From positions 1 through 46,624 of the forward strand of contig CAZXTS010000001.1 of assembly GCA_964643745.1 (NCBI GenBank): 46,624 nucleotides of DNA, in the 5' to 3' direction. The notes below the pieces were generated by a model. It searched no databases. It saw only the letters and a program-made list of their open reading frames with translations, and was not told where the DNA came from. This document shows, piece after piece, positions 44,171 to 46,624 of this stretch. This DNA comes from an uncultured Chloracidobacterium sp. (GTDB lineage: Bacteria > Acidobacteriota > Blastocatellia > Pyrinomonadales > Pyrinomonadaceae). Positions within the stretch are counted from its first letter, which is position 1. Every line of letters begins with the position of its first letter. Made by a program: the position numbers and the translations under genes.

Positions 44171-45124
44171 TCACCTCCAGAAATCTTGCACCAACATCAA
44201 CACGGCCCAGACGGCGACCATCGATTCAAGGCTAATGCCTAGTTTCGCGGCCGCTTCCGATAGATATTTCCTTACTTCGCCGTCCGACCAACCATGGTTC
44301 CTTTTTAGTTCTTTTTCGACCGCTTTTCGTATCTCGGTCTGTACGCGGACCAGCTTTCGGCTGGCCGTCGCCTCGTGATAACCGAAGGCCGAGGCGATGT
44401 CCTTTAACTTAAGATCGTCAAAGTAATACATCTTCAGGATCAACCGATCCTCGTCCTCAAGCCCGGCGATCGCCGTCCGCAGCGCCGCCGAAACGTCTGC
44501 AGTGGTCTGTTTTGCCGTCAGCAGATCTTCCGGATTCGGATCAGTGTGAACCACGTGCGAATTGTCGGAATTATGCGATGCGTCCTCCGCCAGATTCTCG
44601 AACGAACGGTCCTCTTCTATCTGAACATAACGCGATTGTTTCCTATATTCGTCCACCGCAAGCTGTGAAACCACCGCACGCAGCCAACCCGCCAGCGAAC
44701 CGCGCCCCGAATAATACGCCAACTTGCTCTTTTTGTTGCCCTCGGCGTCTTGCCGCAGGCCGTAAAGCTCTGCCCAGATCGAGCCCGCAAGGTCTTCGGC
44801 GTCTTCGCTGTTCGCGGTCATCTTTCTTGCCGCCGACTTCACCGCCGGATCGAAGTTCACGACCAGATCTTCCCAAGCCTTTTCATCGCCGCGTTCGCAC
44901 GCGATGATCAAACAAAGATCATCGGAACGGATCTCGTCGACAAATTCACGGATCGAATTTCGATCGGCATTTGGTTCCGCCTTGAAGAGATATTTTTCAA
45001 GAGCCTTACCGACACGGGGTTTTACGACGTCCGCACTCAATCCACGCGACATTGAAGCGCGAGACAGCAGCCGCTGAACGGCTTCGTCCAAAACCTCTTC
45101 GTATTTTGCGGGCACTGTGCTCAT
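44171..45124 (-). CDS. ECF-type sigma-70 family RNA polymerase sigma factor with N- and C-terminal extensions
   Basis: Region 2 ('GDEKAWEDLVVNF...DAEDLAGSIWAEL...LAGWLRAVVSQLAVDEYRK') and region 4 ('LKMYYFDDLKLKDIASAFGYHEATASRKLVRVQTEIRKAV') are present. At 317 aa it is longer than the ~180-200 aa typical of ECF sigmas. Confidence 0.8.
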   Translation of the reverse strand: MSTVPAKYEEVLDEAVQRLLSRASMSRGLSADVVKPRVGKALEKYLFKAEPNADRNSIREFVDEIRSDDLCLIIACERGDEKAWEDLVVNFDPAVKSAARKMTANSEDAEDLAGSIWAELYGLRQDAEGNKKSKLAYYSGRGSLAGWLRAVVSQLAVDEYRKQSRYVQIEEDRSFENLAEDASHNSDNSHVVHTDPNPEDLLTAKQTTADVSAALRTAIAGLEDEDRLILKMYYFDDLKLKDIASAFGYHEATASRKLVRVQTEIRKAVEKELKRNHGWSDGEVRKYLSEAAAKLGISLESMVAVWAVLMLVQDFWR

Positions 45125-45160
45125 CAGCGGTCGGGGAAGATTCTAGCACTTCTTTGATGG

Positions 45161-45186
45161 AACGCAGAGTAGAGCCGGTTGTTTCC
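45161..45186 (-). promoter_or_regulatory. Candidate ECF-type promoter (GGAAAC-N16-CGTT) upstream of the sigma gene
   Basis: The minus strand reads tGGAAAC-aaccggctctactctg-CGTTcc, which is AAC-N16-CGT spacing as in many ECF-dependent promoters. It lies 37-62 nt upstream of the sigma ATG. Confidence 0.3.
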
Positions 45187-45217
45187 ACTGATGATCCACT
45201 ATCAGAATTTCTGAGGT

Positions 45218-46624
45218 TTAAAGTTTCGGATCTTCATCTCCGGCCGCAAGCGGGCCTGCCGGTTCCTCCGTCGCTCGGGGCGTTGGTCGAGGTATATTTG
45301 CGGGAACAGGCTGCGTCGGTGATGCAACGGGCCGCGGCGCTGTATTCGTGTTTGAGGGCTGTTCAGGCCGAGGAGTAGGCGAAGGGCTGCGCTGAGGGAC
45401 AACCGTTGGGCAAATTACCAATCCGCTAGGCAGAATCGTACATCCGGGGTCCATTGTAAACGGACTTTGGCTATCGGGCGGGATCGTTATAGTGCCGCCC
45501 GGCGGTTGAAGTGTCGGTGCATTTGCCCATGGATCGTAACCGTCACCGCCCGGCATTGTTCCCAGCGGGATCGAAAGATTGCTGTTCACATCCCCAGCGG
45601 TTCCCTGCATCGATGCCAGATTTCGCTCCTCGATCCCGGTCGCAGGATTAAGCGGCTGCACCGGCATTCCATTGGTGTCCGGCTGAAGGCTTGTTATCGG
45701 ATCGGTCTGCTTTACACGTGTCGCGTAGATCAATGCGGAAGCAAGCAAACCAATGCCGATGAGCATCATAAACGCCGTTTTCCAAAATCCGCCGGCTGCG
45801 GCCGAGGCTTTTGGTTCAGGGGCCGTGCCGAGCGTCGCAAGTTCATCAGCAAGCTCGGCGGCTGATTCATGCCGCATTGCCGGATCCTTCGAGATCGCTT
45901 TTAAGATTATCGGTTCCAGGCCATCCGGAATATCATTTCGAAATGCTGAAAGCGGTGCAGGCATTTCCTCGATGTGTTTCAACATCACATCAGTCGGTTT
46001 CTCGCCGGTGAATGGGGGTTCGCCTGCGAGCATCTCATAGATCAGCACACCACCCGAATAAATATCCGAGCGAATGTCCGCATCGTCCGCACCCGAGCAT
46101 AGCTCAGGCGAAAGATAGGCAAAATCAAGTGCACTCTTTTCTTCAAGATCTGCAAGCAGCGGATTTGGCGAACCTGATCCAATGATAGTTGACCGGATAC
46201 CGCCAGACTCGTCATTACCAAGCAGAACATTCTTAGCGTTCAGGTCGCCGTGAACCAACCCCGCATTATGCAATGCCGAAAGAGCGGCCGCGATCTGCCC
46301 GCCGATATTGACGGCGGTGTGAACGGGGAATCGCCCATCATGATCGAGAACGGAACGAAGCGTATCACCCTCGATAGCCTCATAGATGCAATAGACCCCG
46401 CCATCAGCGTCCGTTCCAAAATCGACGACCCTAGGAAGTCCGGCATCGCTTGCAACGGATTCGGCCCGGCATCGTTCGAAGAACCGCTCGCGTTCGACCT
46501 CATCGGCGGAAAGCGAACCGCGAAGGATGCGGATCGAGAACGGTTTGTCCATTAGCCGATGCGTCGCCGAATATAGATCGGACTCCGCACCTTCTCTCAG
46601 CCGTGAGTCGAGCCGGTATTTGTC
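45218..46624 (-). CDS. Membrane-anchored Hanks-type Ser/Thr protein kinase homologue with substituted catalytic residues (predicted pseudokinase); 5' end beyond the window
   Basis: The frame stays open from the annotated ATG (46552) to base 46624 (DKYRLDSRLREGAESDLYSATHRL-MDKPFSIRIL...). Kinase subdomains V-XI are recognisable, followed by one TM helix and a Pro-rich C-terminal tail. Confidence 0.8.
   Translation of the reverse strand, partial: DKYRLDSRLREGAESDLYSATHRLMDKPFSIRILRGSLSADEVERERFFERCRAESVASDAGLPRVVDFGTDADGGVYCIYEAIEGDTLRSVLDHDGRFPVHTAVNIGGQIAAALSALHNAGLVHGDLNAKNVLLGNDESGGIRSTIIGSGSPNPLLADLEEKSALDFAYLSPELCSGADDADIRSDIYSGGVLIYEMLAGEPPFTGEKPTDVMLKHIEEMPAPLSAFRNDIPDGLEPIILKAISKDPAMRHESAAELADELATLGTAPEPKASAAAGGFWKTAFMMLIGIGLLASALIYATRVKQTDPITSLQPDTNGMPVQPLNPATGIEERNLASMQGTAGDVNSNLSIPLGTMPGGDGYDPWANAPTLQPPGGTITIPPDSQSPFTMDPGCTILPSGLVICPTVVPQRSPSPTPRPEQPSNTNTAPRPVASPTQPVPANIPRPTPRATEEPAGPLAAGDEDPKL

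Noticed and set aside
1-46624. Looked for CRISPR arrays, tRNA/rRNA/tmRNA/RNase P genes, IS elements, integrases and prophage or conjugation genes.
   Set aside because: No array of regularly spaced direct repeats is present. No T-loop-type GGTTCGAATCC or cloverleaf candidate occurs in any intergenic region. No intergenic gap is large enough for rRNA. No ORF has transposase, integrase or phage motifs. A tRNAscan/Infernal run would confirm this.

Overview
This 46.6-kb window is densely packed chromosomal DNA with about 50 protein-coding genes. The ORF translations identify most of them as housekeeping. They include tRNA/rRNA modification (rlmN, mnmA, ttcA, queC, queE), DNA and nucleoid functions (ybaB-recR) and central metabolism (IDH3-type NAD-isocitrate dehydrogenase, malQ, acpS, 5-formyl-THF cyclo-ligase, pepP). 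They also include envelope and redox functions (mscL, bactofilin, MATE, a DsbD-alpha-like protein, a TlpA-like protein) and phosphate- and nucleic-acid-scavenging enzymes (Tat-PhoX, a Tat-SGNH hydrolase, NucA-type nuclease, GDPD, DHH phosphoesterase). One vapBC toxin-antitoxin pair is present. I found no rRNA, tRNA, CRISPR array, transposase, integrase or phage genes. Gene content (large SdrD/CarboxypepD_reg repeat proteins, a DUF1570-like/TPR protein, an ECF sigma next to a Ser/Thr-kinase homologue) suggests a soil phylum such as Acidobacteriota, but that is inference only. I do not see a clear multi-gene novel system such as a defence island. The three observations most worth follow-up are these. 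(1) On the right edge, a Hanks-kinase homologue with degraded catalytic motifs (predicted pseudokinase) is followed by an extended ECF-like sigma and a ZAS anti-sigma. (2) Intergenic imperfect palindromes recur whose arms are themselves tandem 6-8-mers (X7-N-X7). Two copies 27 kb apart share an identical 18-mer. (3) Base composition is mosaic, including a ~43% GC orphan gene wedged into a tight 55-70% GC operon. Start sites were adjusted by hand where the ORF track clearly over-extends. All functional calls rest on motif recognition, not database searches.
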